Shown here one piece after another: positions 14,151-25,487 of a DNA stretch of 64,000 nt. Location: NCBI GenBank assembly GCA_044892525.1, contig CM097885.1:8186001-8250000 (forward strand), given 5' to 3'. The stretch comes from Schmidtea polychroa (lineage: Eukaryota). Below the pieces are notes generated by a model, which was given only the letters and a program-made list of their open reading frames with translations, was not told the origin of the DNA and searched no databases. Made by a program: the position numbers and the translations under genes. How positions within the stretch are numbered: the stretch's first letter is position 1; each line of letters opens with the position of its first letter.

Positions 14151-15542
14151 TTTGGATAAAATAACAATCAAACATGAAATAATAACATAATGATCTAATT
14201 ATTAATTATCGGATGACATACACATGTGAAGTATCTATATAAACCAACGATCATATAAGAAAACGAAAGCCTTACATGAACCAAAGATACACGATATTGT
14301 AAGCAAATGAGATGTATAGCTATTTTAGGTTTTACAAACTAAGGGAAATTATTGTGTGAAATTGCAATTTAATTAAAATATGAAATAGGATAGAAATAAC
14401 AGATTTTCTGATATTAATGAACTCTGGAATCCTCTTTCTTATCCGATTGTTTTCATTGACCAATCATTATTCATGATTGACCAATATAATAAAACCCTTG
14501 ATTGCGCATTGATTTGATTTGATAATTCGACGGCAACTGCGTCATTCTAACGGCATTAATTGCATACAATTGAAATAATAATCTGAAAGGTTTGAATTTT
14601 ATAAATCAAAAATAAATTTATATCTTTTATAACTAGAAAAAGATAAAAAATAATAAGTGATTTAGAAAATTCCTCAAGGTTAATCATGTTTATTAGCATA
14701 TATATGTCCAGGTATAATGGATATAAGGCTGTGATATAAGAAAGGTATACTTATTACCAAGGTGTCTGCCCAGCCCGATCAAAATAATATAAGCTACAGT
14801 AAATGTGTTTATTGTCAAACGTTATTCTAAATCTAGAAAATAGGGAGAAAAAACATTTGATTTGCTAATTAACTTGTGTTAATAAGGTTCTCTTTTTCCA
14901 TACTTCTTACAATGTCTAAAAGATATAAATAGTAATAATTCAATAGGATGCGAGATGATTTTCTTTTCATAAATTTGTTCTCCATAACAACGACTCGGTG
15001 AATCCAATCTCAATTTATACTCAGAGAAAACTAATGAGAAAACATAAATAAAAAAAATATTCCGATTAAAACAAAAAAACACTTCACTTAATACTTGATT
15101 TCTTTAACTAATATTTTTTTGTGAATTATTAAAGTACTTTCTTAAATTTATTTTTATTGAAAAAAAAATCCTTATTACATTGAAATTCCTTAGCATTAAT
15201 TTTCTGTATTTTACTGCATCGTAATTGGATATTTCATGAACAACAGAAACTCCCCGAGAAGGCATCGGATAAAGCTCGGCGATTTTAACAATAATCACAC
15301 GGAGAACGTTGAAATTATTTATTCAATTTTGTTCCATTAACGTTTTAATCCATTAACGCTATTTTAAACTCATTAAAACAAACGACTAAATACCTTTTAG
15401 AAATTTAATTTTAAACAAATTTTATATATTTCATTTCGATGAAACTGTTATCGAATAATATTGATCATGAAATTTCACAGACGTCTGAGAATTTGTTACT
15501 AAAAATACCAGCCAATCATAATTAATCTAATGCAAAATTTGA

Positions 15543-16367
<825 letters not shown>

Positions 16368-17145
16368 TAATTAAAACAAATTATTTCGTTTTTTAAATAT
16401 TATTGGAAAAATCAATAAATTATTTAAAAAAATTTATAACAAAACTGTCAAATTCGATCAAATTATTAATTGAACCAATTTGATTTAAATTTTTCGGTGA
16501 AATTATGCGTGAATTAGATTTTGGTTTTAATAATACATTTTTCAACTTCTCTCTCTCTCTCTCTCTCTCGCTTATCTAATATCAAAGTTTTTCATCTTTT
16601 TATTCATCTCCTTTAAATTCTTTTCAATTTATTTCCTCGTGTTTAATGATTCATTTATTAAATGAAATTTTCTCTTCCACTTATCGATTTTCCTAATTAG
16701 AAATTGATTTAAATCAATGAATTAATAATAAATCAATTTTAGTTGAGATTATTTTTTGTTATGGATTGGGCTTGAATTTTGAAATCATTTGCAATGATTA
16801 ACTCCTAGATTTCCCATAATCGTAATTGAGTTATTGTTCAAATGGATTGATTGTTCATTTAAACTTGACAATTAAAACAAATAATTTTTATTGATTTATG
16901 AAAAGGCATGTAAGTAAACTATAGTTTAAAATATATTTTATCTTTTATTTATTTTCTGTCTCTACTAAAATATATTTTCATCTCTGTTAATTATTTCCTA
17001 CTTTCAATGACGTAATTGCTTTCCAGCATTCTTACTCATTTTATTCAAAATCAAAATGACAAAACAGTGACAGAAAAATGAGATAAGAGATTTCTAAAAA
17101 CACATAATAAAGAAAAAGCAACTTTAATTAATATACTACTACTAC

Positions 17146-17242
<97 letters not shown>

Positions 17243-18049
17243 CGTAATAAAATGTTCAATACTTAATTATTTTTTTTAAATATACAAAATAAAATTATTA
17301 ACTTTATATTCATTTTATTTTATATATTTTTGTTTTGAATCTGAAAATGCATTGTCAACAAAATACTTAAACAAATCCCTCATTTATTCATTGTTAAAAC
17401 TTAGAAATCTATATTTCACATTCAAAGAAAGTTACGACTGATAAATAAATTATTTATTCGGATTATTGTATTATACAAATAATTTAAAATTCATGTAAAT
17501 TACAATTGAAAATTTCAAAAAAATTTAGAAAAAAAATTTTGAAATAAAGGTTAAGCATGAAGTTTAGATATTTCAAATATGGTTAAGGAAGTGAAACTAA
17601 TAATATTGAAGCTAAATTGCAAAATACCAAAATGCATAATTATAAAATTTTCCATGCCAAAATGTGCAGCAAAACAATTTTTGTAACATTCCCATTCGCA
17701 ATTCGCATGTGACAGATACGTTTTTTGTGCTGGTGATATTTCAATTACTGTAATTAGTATTATAATTATTAAAAAATAATAAATATTACTATTATTGAAA
17801 TAGAAATTAATGAAACCGGCTATAGCTTATCACTTAAAACTTACTTATCAGAATTGTTACGTAATGGCAACAAGATAGTAAAATGAAATACCTATATAAT
17901 TGGGTGCTTAGTAAGATGGATGAAATGCTGTAAATGAACCGAAAGTTATAAATATTCCTCTGTTTATTCCGACACTTGACCGATATGCTATCTATAAATT
18001 CCAATAATTACACCCTCAGAAATTAATTGATAAAAATAATAAAATAACA

Positions 18050-18160
<111 letters not shown>

Positions 18161-18221
18161 ATTATTATATAAAACAATAAAGTGATAATTTAAGCCTTTT
18201 GATGCGAATAATGTATTTAAT

Positions 18222-18260
18222 GAAAAATTTTTCGACTATAAGATAGTCCTTATCAATCTG
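18222..18260 (-). ncRNA. Family-C hammerhead, older degenerate copy
   Basis: Reverse complement: CAGA-TTGATAA-G-GACTAT(CTT)ATAGTC-GAAA-AA-TT-TTTC. Cleavage site altered. Confidence 0.55.
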
Positions 18261-18447
18261 CAAGGAGAATTATTACTTAAATTATCACTTTATTGTTTTA
18301 AATAATAAATGCTGCTACCAAAAAATCATCACTTTATATTATTATTATTATTATTATTATTAAATGATGATTGCTTGGTAGCAGCATTTATTATTTAAAA
18401 CAATAAAATGATAATTTAAGCCTTTTGCTGCAAATAATGTATTTAAT

Positions 18448-18486
18448 GAAAGAATTTTCGACTATACGATAGTCCTTGTCAATCTC
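18448..18486 (-). ncRNA. Family-C U3-A8 minimal hammerhead in the PLE terminal repeat (left arm)
   Basis: Reverse complement: GAGA-TTGACAA-G-GACTAT(CGT)ATAGTC-GAAA-AT-TC-TTTC. Confidence 0.75.
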
Positions 18487-18893
18487 CTGGAATTTAGCAA
18501 TGTTCTTCTTCAAAATACCCTTCAATCTTTCTTTTATTTCCTTTCTCTTAATTCTCATTGGTTGTAAATATAATGAATTGTTTTACTAAAAACTTTTAAA
18601 ATTTTTTTTTATAATTTTTACATTTAAAATTTCAAAATGACACAAACTAAAATTTTTAAATTTTTTACAGCTTCTGTAATTAGCTTCTAGAAGCCTAATA
18701 AAATATTTGAAAATATTTTAAATAAAGCCTCCAATAACTACTTATATATGCTATTTAAATATTTCAATAAATGTGTCAATTTTGATTTTCAAACCCTATT
18801 TTTTAAAATTTTTTTCTATATTATTCTAATTATTACTTTTTAATTTATTCTTATTTTTTTAATTTCTTTGTATATTGTCAGTTATTCTCAAAG

Positions 18894-20339
18894 TCAATGA
18901 CAACAGATCAAATTCATGATTTCATTGATTTCTTCTTTAGTGTTGATCTTTGGCTGTCTGTTTATTATGAGAATTGCTTCTTTGATTCTGACATTTTTCT
19001 TTTGGATGTTTCCATTAGCTATGATTTCTATTGAAATATTTTTTCTTTCCTCTGTTGGCTGACACTGCCGGAGATGTCTGCCCAACGAGGATGTTCCACC
19101 AGGATCTAGATGTTCTTTAACTCTTTGGTGCAATGTCCTGAGGGTACTTCCAATGTAGATTTCATTGCATACATTGCACGTGATGCAATAGACGATGTTT
19201 TTTCTAAAGCACATATCTTTCGGTGTCTGGCAGTTTTTCATTGTGCAATTGTTTTCTCTATTTATGTTGCCTGCCAGAGCCCTTCTCAATGTCCAAGATT
19301 TATGTGCTATCCGAATTGGAAGACCGGTACGTTTAAGTTCTTTCAGGATCTTGAAGTCGAGTATGTCACTGATGAATGGGATATTCAGATAGAAATATTT
19401 CTGATTCTTTTGTGTTAATTCCCTAGATCTTCTTGGGGTAGAATTCATTTTTTCAATGTCCTCACCTTGGTATCCGTTTCGGTGTAGGATTTTATTGAAA
19501 TTTGATTGCTCTTTAAAGTTTTCGTTTTTCTCCGTGCATCGATTGGCTATTCTTCGTTTCTCGTTTCTTATGACATTTACTTTCTGTAAGTATGGAAGCG
19601 CTGATCTTTGGTGCATAAATATTTCTTTGCGAGCTGGTTTTCTGTAGAACCCGTATGTTGGAGTATTTTCTTCTATTTTGATTCTCAAATCCAATAAATT
19701 GAGGGATCCATCTTCTTCCGGATATTCGATTTCGAACTTAATATCTTGATGAGCCGCATTGAATGAATGAAATATTTCCTCCGCTTCTTTTCTGTTTTTG
19801 GTCAAGATGAAGATATCATCTACATATCTTGCATAGAAACCGATGGGTTGTATGGTCCTCAGTGTCTGTCGTTCGAGGTTATCCATAAAGATGATTGCTA
19901 GCAGTCCTGATATGCTAGAACCCATAGGCAGACCTTTAACTTGTTTATAGATATTTTGTTTAAAGGTAAAATAGGTGTTCTCGAGGATAACAGTAAGTAG
20001 TTTGGTGATATTCTCGGTATTCATTTCCTTTATTAACAAGTTGCTTTCTCTTAATTTCTTTTCTAAACATTGAATAGCCTCTGTTGGTTCGATAGATGTG
20101 TATAGTGATACGACATCAAGACTAAATGGGTATTGGAATTCTCTATGACAAGTCATGTTATTATTTAGTCTTGTCATGAGGCAGTCGCTGCTTTGAAGAT
20201 GGTGTGGTATCGTGTCCAATAAAGGTTTCAAGATCTTTGCAAGGAGCCAACTTGTTTTAGTTGTTGGTCCATTTTTGTTGGACACTATAGGTCTAATTTT
20301 GATACCAGGACCCTCTTTGTGAGTTTTAATTAGGTGGTA
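18894..20339 (-). CDS. PLE reverse transcriptase + GIY-YIG endonuclease, 5'-truncated copy
   Basis: Open frame with SLDVVSLYT, GLPMGSSIS, YARYVDDIF, NGY thumb and IVYCITCNVCNEIYIGST-R-R-EH. The frame runs to the inversion junction. Confidence 0.93.
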   Translation of the reverse strand, partial: YHLIKTHKEGPGIKIRPIVSNKNGPTTKTSWLLAKILKPLLDTIPHHLQSSDCLMTRLNNNMTCHREFQYPFSLDVVSLYTSIEPTEAIQCLEKKLRESNLLIKEMNTENITKLLTVILENTYFTFKQNIYKQVKGLPMGSSISGLLAIIFMDNLERQTLRTIQPIGFYARYVDDIFILTKNRKEAEEIFHSFNAAHQDIKFEIEYPEEDGSLNLLDLRIKIEENTPTYGFYRKPARKEIFMHQRSALPYLQKVNVIRNEKRRIANRCTEKNENFKEQSNFNKILHRNGYQGEDIEKMNSTPRRSRELTQKNQKYFYLNIPFISDILDFKILKELKRTGLPIRIAHKSWTLRRALAGNINRENNCTMKNCQTPKDMCFRKNIVYCITCNVCNEIYIGSTLRTLHQRVKEHLDPGGTSSLGRHLRQCQPTEERKNISIEIIANGNIQKKNVRIKEAILIINRQPKINTKEEINEIMNLICCH

Positions 20340-22070
20340 ACGAAAGACGAACAGGCAATATTAAAATCCCTTAAAAAGAAACCGTACGTTTACTTACCAA
20401 GTGACAAGGGGGGAGAATTTTGCATTATAGAGAAGAATCGTTACTGTGAAGCTGGTTACGAACACCTCGGCAACATCGAAACATACAAGAAAGTCAGCCG
20501 CATGTCACCAAACACCATCGAAATGAAGATCAACAAAGTATGGAAAGCCATAGCTTTGGAAATGAGGCTCAACAACAGAATAACCAACAGCTTCGTCACA
20601 AAAAATTCTGATCTTCCTAACTTCTACCACCTAATTAAAACTCACAAAGAGGGTCCTGGTATCAAAATTAGACCTATAGTGTCCAACAAAAATGGACCAA
20701 CAACTAAAACAAGTTGGCTCCTTGCAAAGATCTTGAAACCTTTATTGGACACGATACCACACCATCTTCAAAGCAGCGACTGCCTCATGACAAGACTAAA
20801 TAATAACATGACTTGTCATAGAGAATTCCAATACCCATTTAGTCTTGATGTCGTATCACTATACACATCTATCGAACCAACAGAGGCTATTCAATGTTTA
20901 GAAAAGAAATTAAGAGAAAGCAACTTGTTAATAAAGGAAATGAATACCGAGAATATCACCAAACTACTTACTGTTATCCTCGAGAACACCTATTTTGCCT
21001 TTGAACAAAATATCTATAAACAAGTTAAAGGTCTGCCTATGGGTTCTAGCATATCAGGACTGCTAGCAATCATCTTTATGGATAACCTCGAACGACAGAC
21101 ACTGAGGACCATACAACCCATCGGTTTCTATGCAAGATATGTAGATGATATCTTCATCTTGACCAAAAACAGAAAAGAAGCGGAGGAAATATTTCATTCA
21201 TTCAATGCGGCTCATCAAGATATTAAGTTCGAAATCGAATATCCGGAAGAAGATGGATCCCTCAATTTATTGGATTTGAGAATCAAAATAGAAGAAAATA
21301 CTCCAACATACGGGTTCTACAGAAAACCAGCTCGCAAAGAAATATTTATGCACCAAAGATCAGCGCTTCCATACTTACAGAAAGTAAATGTCATAAGAAA
21401 CGAGAAACGAAGAATAGCCAATCGATGCACTGAGAAAAACGAAAACTTTAAAGAGCAATCAAATTTCAATAAAATCCTACACCGAAACGGATACCAAGGT
21501 GAGGACATTGAAAAAATGAATTCTACCCCAAGAAGATCTAGGGAATTAACACAAAAGAATCAGAAATATTTCTATCTGAATATCCCATTCATCAGTGACA
21601 TACTCGACTTCAAGATCCTGAAAGAACTTAAACGTACCGGTCTTCCAATTCGGATAGCACATAAATCTTGGACATTGAGAAGGGCTCTGGCAGGCAACAT
21701 AAATAGAGAAAACAATTGCACAATGAAAAACTGCCAGACACCGAAAGATATGTGCTTTAGAAAAAACATCGTCTATTGCATCACGTGCAATGTATGCAAT
21801 GAAATCTACATTGGAAGTACCCTCAGGACATTGCACCAAAGAGTTAAAGAACATCTAGATCCTGGTGGAACATCCTCGTTGGGCAGACATCTCCGGCAGT
21901 GTCAGCCAACAGAGGAAAGAAAAAATATTTCAATAGAAATCATAGCTAATGGAAACATCCAAAAGAAAAATGTCAGAATCAAAGAAGCAATTCTCATAAT
22001 AAACAGACAGCCAAAGATCAACACTAAAGAAGAAATCAATGAAATCATGAATTTGATCTGTTGTCATTGA
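20340..22070 (+). CDS. PLE reverse transcriptase + GIY-YIG endonuclease, longer 5'-truncated copy
   Basis: About 577 uninterrupted codons: SDKGG, LIKTHK, RPIVS, YVDD, Cys-rich linker, VY..YIG, EAILI...PKIN. The GTG at 20334 belongs to the opposite arm, so it is not a true start. Confidence 0.95.
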   Translation, partial: TKDEQAILKSLKKKPYVYLPSDKGGEFCIIEKNRYCEAGYEHLGNIETYKKVSRMSPNTIEMKINKVWKAIALEMRLNNRITNSFVTKNSDLPNFYHLIKTHKEGPGIKIRPIVSNKNGPTTKTSWLLAKILKPLLDTIPHHLQSSDCLMTRLNNNMTCHREFQYPFSLDVVSLYTSIEPTEAIQCLEKKLRESNLLIKEMNTENITKLLTVILENTYFAFEQNIYKQVKGLPMGSSISGLLAIIFMDNLERQTLRTIQPIGFYARYVDDIFILTKNRKEAEEIFHSFNAAHQDIKFEIEYPEEDGSLNLLDLRIKIEENTPTYGFYRKPARKEIFMHQRSALPYLQKVNVIRNEKRRIANRCTEKNENFKEQSNFNKILHRNGYQGEDIEKMNSTPRRSRELTQKNQKYFYLNIPFISDILDFKILKELKRTGLPIRIAHKSWTLRRALAGNINRENNCTMKNCQTPKDMCFRKNIVYCITCNVCNEIYIGSTLRTLHQRVKEHLDPGGTSSLGRHLRQCQPTEERKNISIEIIANGNIQKKNVRIKEAILIINRQPKINTKEEINEIMNLICCH

Positions 22071-22475
22071 CTTTGAGAATAACTGACAATATACAAAGAA
22101 ATTAAAAAAATAAGAATAAATTAAAAAGTAATAATTAGAATAATATAGAAAAAAATTTTAAAAAATAGGGTTTGAAAATCAAAATTGACACATTTATTGA
22201 AATATTTAAATAGCATATATAAGTAGTTATTGGAGGCTTTATTTAAAATATTTTCAAATATTTTATTAGGCTTCTAGAAGCTAATTATAGAAGCTGTAAA
22301 AAATTTAAAAATTTTAGTTTGTGTCATTTTGAAATTTTAAATGTAAAAATTATAAAAAAATTTTAAAAGTTTTTAGTAAAACAATTCATTATATTTACAA
22401 CCAATGAGAATTAAGAGAAAGGAAATAAAAGAAAGATCGAAGGGTATTTTGAAGAAGAACATTGCTAAATTCCAG

Positions 22476-22514
22476 GAGATTGACAAGGACTATCGTATAG
22501 TCGAAAATTCTTTC
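22476..22514 (+). ncRNA. Family-C U3-A8 minimal hammerhead in the PLE terminal repeat (right arm)
   Basis: GAGA-TTGACAA-G-GACTAT(CGT)ATAGTC-GAAA-AT-TC-TTTC. 6-bp stem II, UUC site, predicted cleavage after 22510. Confidence 0.75.
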
Positions 22515-22561
22515 ATTAAATACATTATTTGCAGCAAAAGGCTTAAATTATCATTTTATTG

Positions 22562-22655
<94 letters not shown>

Positions 22656-23045
22656 AAGTTTAAAATTAATTTATCAATAGTGAAATAATTTATTAAAATA
22701 TAATTCAAATAAATAACTATGTAAGACATAATTTGCAGTATTTTTTTTATAAGTATTTAACTAACTCAAAAGCAAATAAATTTTGAAAATGGTATAGATT
22801 TGATTGTAATATATTGGGACTGAAATTTTAATTATGATTTAATTTTAAAAAGTTTTAATTTGCTTAAATTTATATACATTTTTGAAAGAATTTTGTTTGA
22901 GAAGAACGATTCAATTAGAAAAGAAGCATTAAAAGACTTGTTACATTTTGTATTGGAGTGATCTGAATCTATATTATGTCGAAATATTTCATTTTATAAA
23001 TAAATACTGCAAATTATGGCTTGCATAATGTTATGTTTGAATTTT

Positions 23046-23164
<119 letters not shown>

Positions 23165-25060
23165 ATAAACATTGTTCCAATCACGACGATGCAAAAATTT
23201 GACTAATCTCTGACACATTGGCCTATGTCCGAATCATTTCTACATGCATTTCATGCATTTCCTGTTTTCATTTCTCCACGCGCTGCAAGTCAAATTTAAT
23301 GAATGATGATAATAATTATCCAGAAATTTTGCTTTATTTATTTCTATATTTAAATAACAAAATAAATTTCGTAATGAAATTTTTCAACAGAAAATTCCTA
23401 TCTCGTCCACATTTAAGAAAATTGTTTACAAACATCACATCCGATGTAGTATTGAATAAATAAAAATATCCAATTCGTCCATTTTTTCTGATTAGTTTTG
23501 AGTGAAATTAAATATTCCGTATCTTTAGTTAAACAAAAAAAATGAATAAAAAAAGAATGAGAAAATTTATCAATAATATTTCAACTATTATTGTGAACCG
23601 TAGCATATGGCATATATACATATATGTTTAATTTTGACTCACCAAAACCCATCAATTGGAATTTTCTAATGAATTATTAATGTAATGAGCTCATTTCATT
23701 TGCGTAGAGTATTCACTTTCAAAAAAATCTCTTACAAGCTGAGATCCCATTGATGCATGAATGATGAATTTGGTACCCATTATTACGGCAAGTACTTCAA
23801 CCTGGCTTGTTTTCCTTTTATTGTCAGAATATCTTTGTATTGTGCTTAATTGACGCAAATATTTGCATGTTTTGTTGGTTTAACGGTTTCCTTTGATAAA
23901 GGTGATTTCAATTGCAATTTAAATACAAGTCCATACATTGTCGGTGGTTGCATTGAATGATTTCCAAAGAAAGTGTACGAAATTTTGATAATCTTTGAAT
24001 GACAAATTTATAAAATTGTTTTTGGAATTGCTAGACAAAATCGTAAATAAGTTGATGAAGAAAATTAAATTCTCTTAGAGAATCGGTGACAAGAGTCCAG
24101 AGGTTGTTCTAGTTGTAATTAACATTTTAGGGCGTTTTTTTATTTTTTGTGAAGTATTTATTCTTTTGTACTTATCGTTCTATATTACTTAATAATTGTC
24201 TCACACACACACGCATATATATATATATATATATATTTGTGTGTGTGTACGTATGTGTACACCTTATTGTGATTTATTATAATTCATTGCTTTTATAAGT
24301 TTCGTGAAATCGCAGTTCTTTGCATTGTTTCTATACTAAAGTATGTCTAGACCTTTCCTTTATTTTTAGCTGTCAATTTACTTTGCGCGAGATATTAGAG
24401 ACAAATTTTATATTTGCGTCTACGGTTGGAATTATACAAGATTTATTAAATTTTTCAGCCGAAATAAAAATAAAACTTCATTTATTTCTATTTATATTTG
24501 TCATTATGAATCCTTCAAGAAAGATACAGATCATTCATTTCCTCATTACTCTCTAAGTAAGTAAAATCTCATAATTAACTTTGTTTACTCAGATCATTAT
24601 TATCTCTAAAAGTGAAAATAAGCATTATTTTTAACAAAATATTTACTTGAAAAAATATATTAGAAAAAGAAAGACAAACAAGAAAATAGTCTAATTATAA
24701 TCGTGTTAGAAAAGAAAAATTTAATTTTTCTTAATTTTCTATTTATTATTTAAAAGTTCGTCTGTGGATATATTTCCCAAAATATTATTTCATAAAAACA
24801 TTTCCCAAAAGAAATTTCATAAAAATAAAGACCAATTTTATTTTGGTTTTATTTTATATTTTTACAATTGAACATATTTGCCTCATTTTGCAAATAAAGA
24901 GAATTGGTGAAATTATTATTTGTTTGTTGTAAACCCTCACTCATTTAACCCCATCTTCTTCTGACTTCACCTTTTGACTGTTAACTGTTTTAAGCAGAAA
25001 TTGTAGAATCAAATATCCTTGTGGTAAATTCTGATTTCCCTTTAATTTTCTTAATAATAT

Positions 25061-25487
25061 TATAAGAACTTTTTTTTCAAATTTCACCACTGATTTCTTT
25101 TCCATTCCCATTGTATTTATTAAAAGGCTTGACTATTAATCAGTAAATATATCGATGTTTTTGATATATTTACTGATTCATAGTCAAGCTTTTTAATAAA
25201 TACAATTAATACAATTAATAACAATCACAAATAGGAAATATTATTTGTGTAATTAAAATATAATTAAAACAATAAATTTATTATAAAATATGAAATAAAT
25301 TTATTTTTCCCCAACAACAATTGGTAAATCCAATAATGATCAAATTCACTTGAAAAAAGGCAGTGCCGAAAATTCGTGAGTATCAACAAACATCGATATA
25401 TTACTGATTTATAGTCTTCAAGATCTCTTTTTAATAAATTCAATGAAAAAAATATTCAGTGGTGAAATTGGAAAAAAAGTTCTTATA
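25061..25487. mobile_element. PLE family-A terminal repeats: minus copy with snap-back (25061-25206) and plus copy (~25230-25487)
   Basis: Dispersed repeat with further copies at 7091, 28395, 32497, 35433, 43243, 55639, 57113, 57705 and 63925. Linked to a GIY-YIG remnant at 57465-57680. Confidence 0.8.
25344..25381 (+). ncRNA. Family-A U3-A8 minimal hammerhead
   Basis: ATTCAC-TTGAAAA-AA-GGC(AGT)GCC-GAAA-AT-TC-GTGAGT. 6-bp stem I, predicted cleavage after 25375. Confidence 0.7.

Larger units (their letters stand above)
18363..20339 (-). mobile_element. Penelope-like retroelement, left (minus) arm, 5'-truncated
   Basis: Reverse complement of 20625-22566 with only a handful of differences. The 3' end abuts (ATT)n at 18340-18361. 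Confidence 0.95.
20340..22566 (+). mobile_element. Penelope-like retroelement, right (plus) arm
   Basis: ORF plus a ~500-bp AT-rich 3' terminal repeat containing a hammerhead, ending in (ATT)n at ~22564-22652. Confidence 0.95.

Noticed and set aside
14450..14560. Paired CCAAT boxes and TGCGTCA upstream of the ELAV coding start
   Set aside because: A plausible promoter, but short motifs alone cannot locate a TSS and the 5' UTR exon is undefined.
20334..20339. GTG start for the 578-aa PLE ORF
   Set aside because: These bases belong to the inverted left arm. The ORF is 5'-truncated and lacks its native start.
19110..21854. Short ORFs antisense to the PLE ORFs (102, 65 and 63 aa, each twice)
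   Set aside because: Shadow frames of the RT-EN coding sequence, duplicated by the inversion.
22404..22688. 94-aa ORF overlapping the PLE terminal repeat and hammerhead
   Set aside because: No recognisable motif and it runs into the microsatellite. It cannot be supported as coding without a full-length element.
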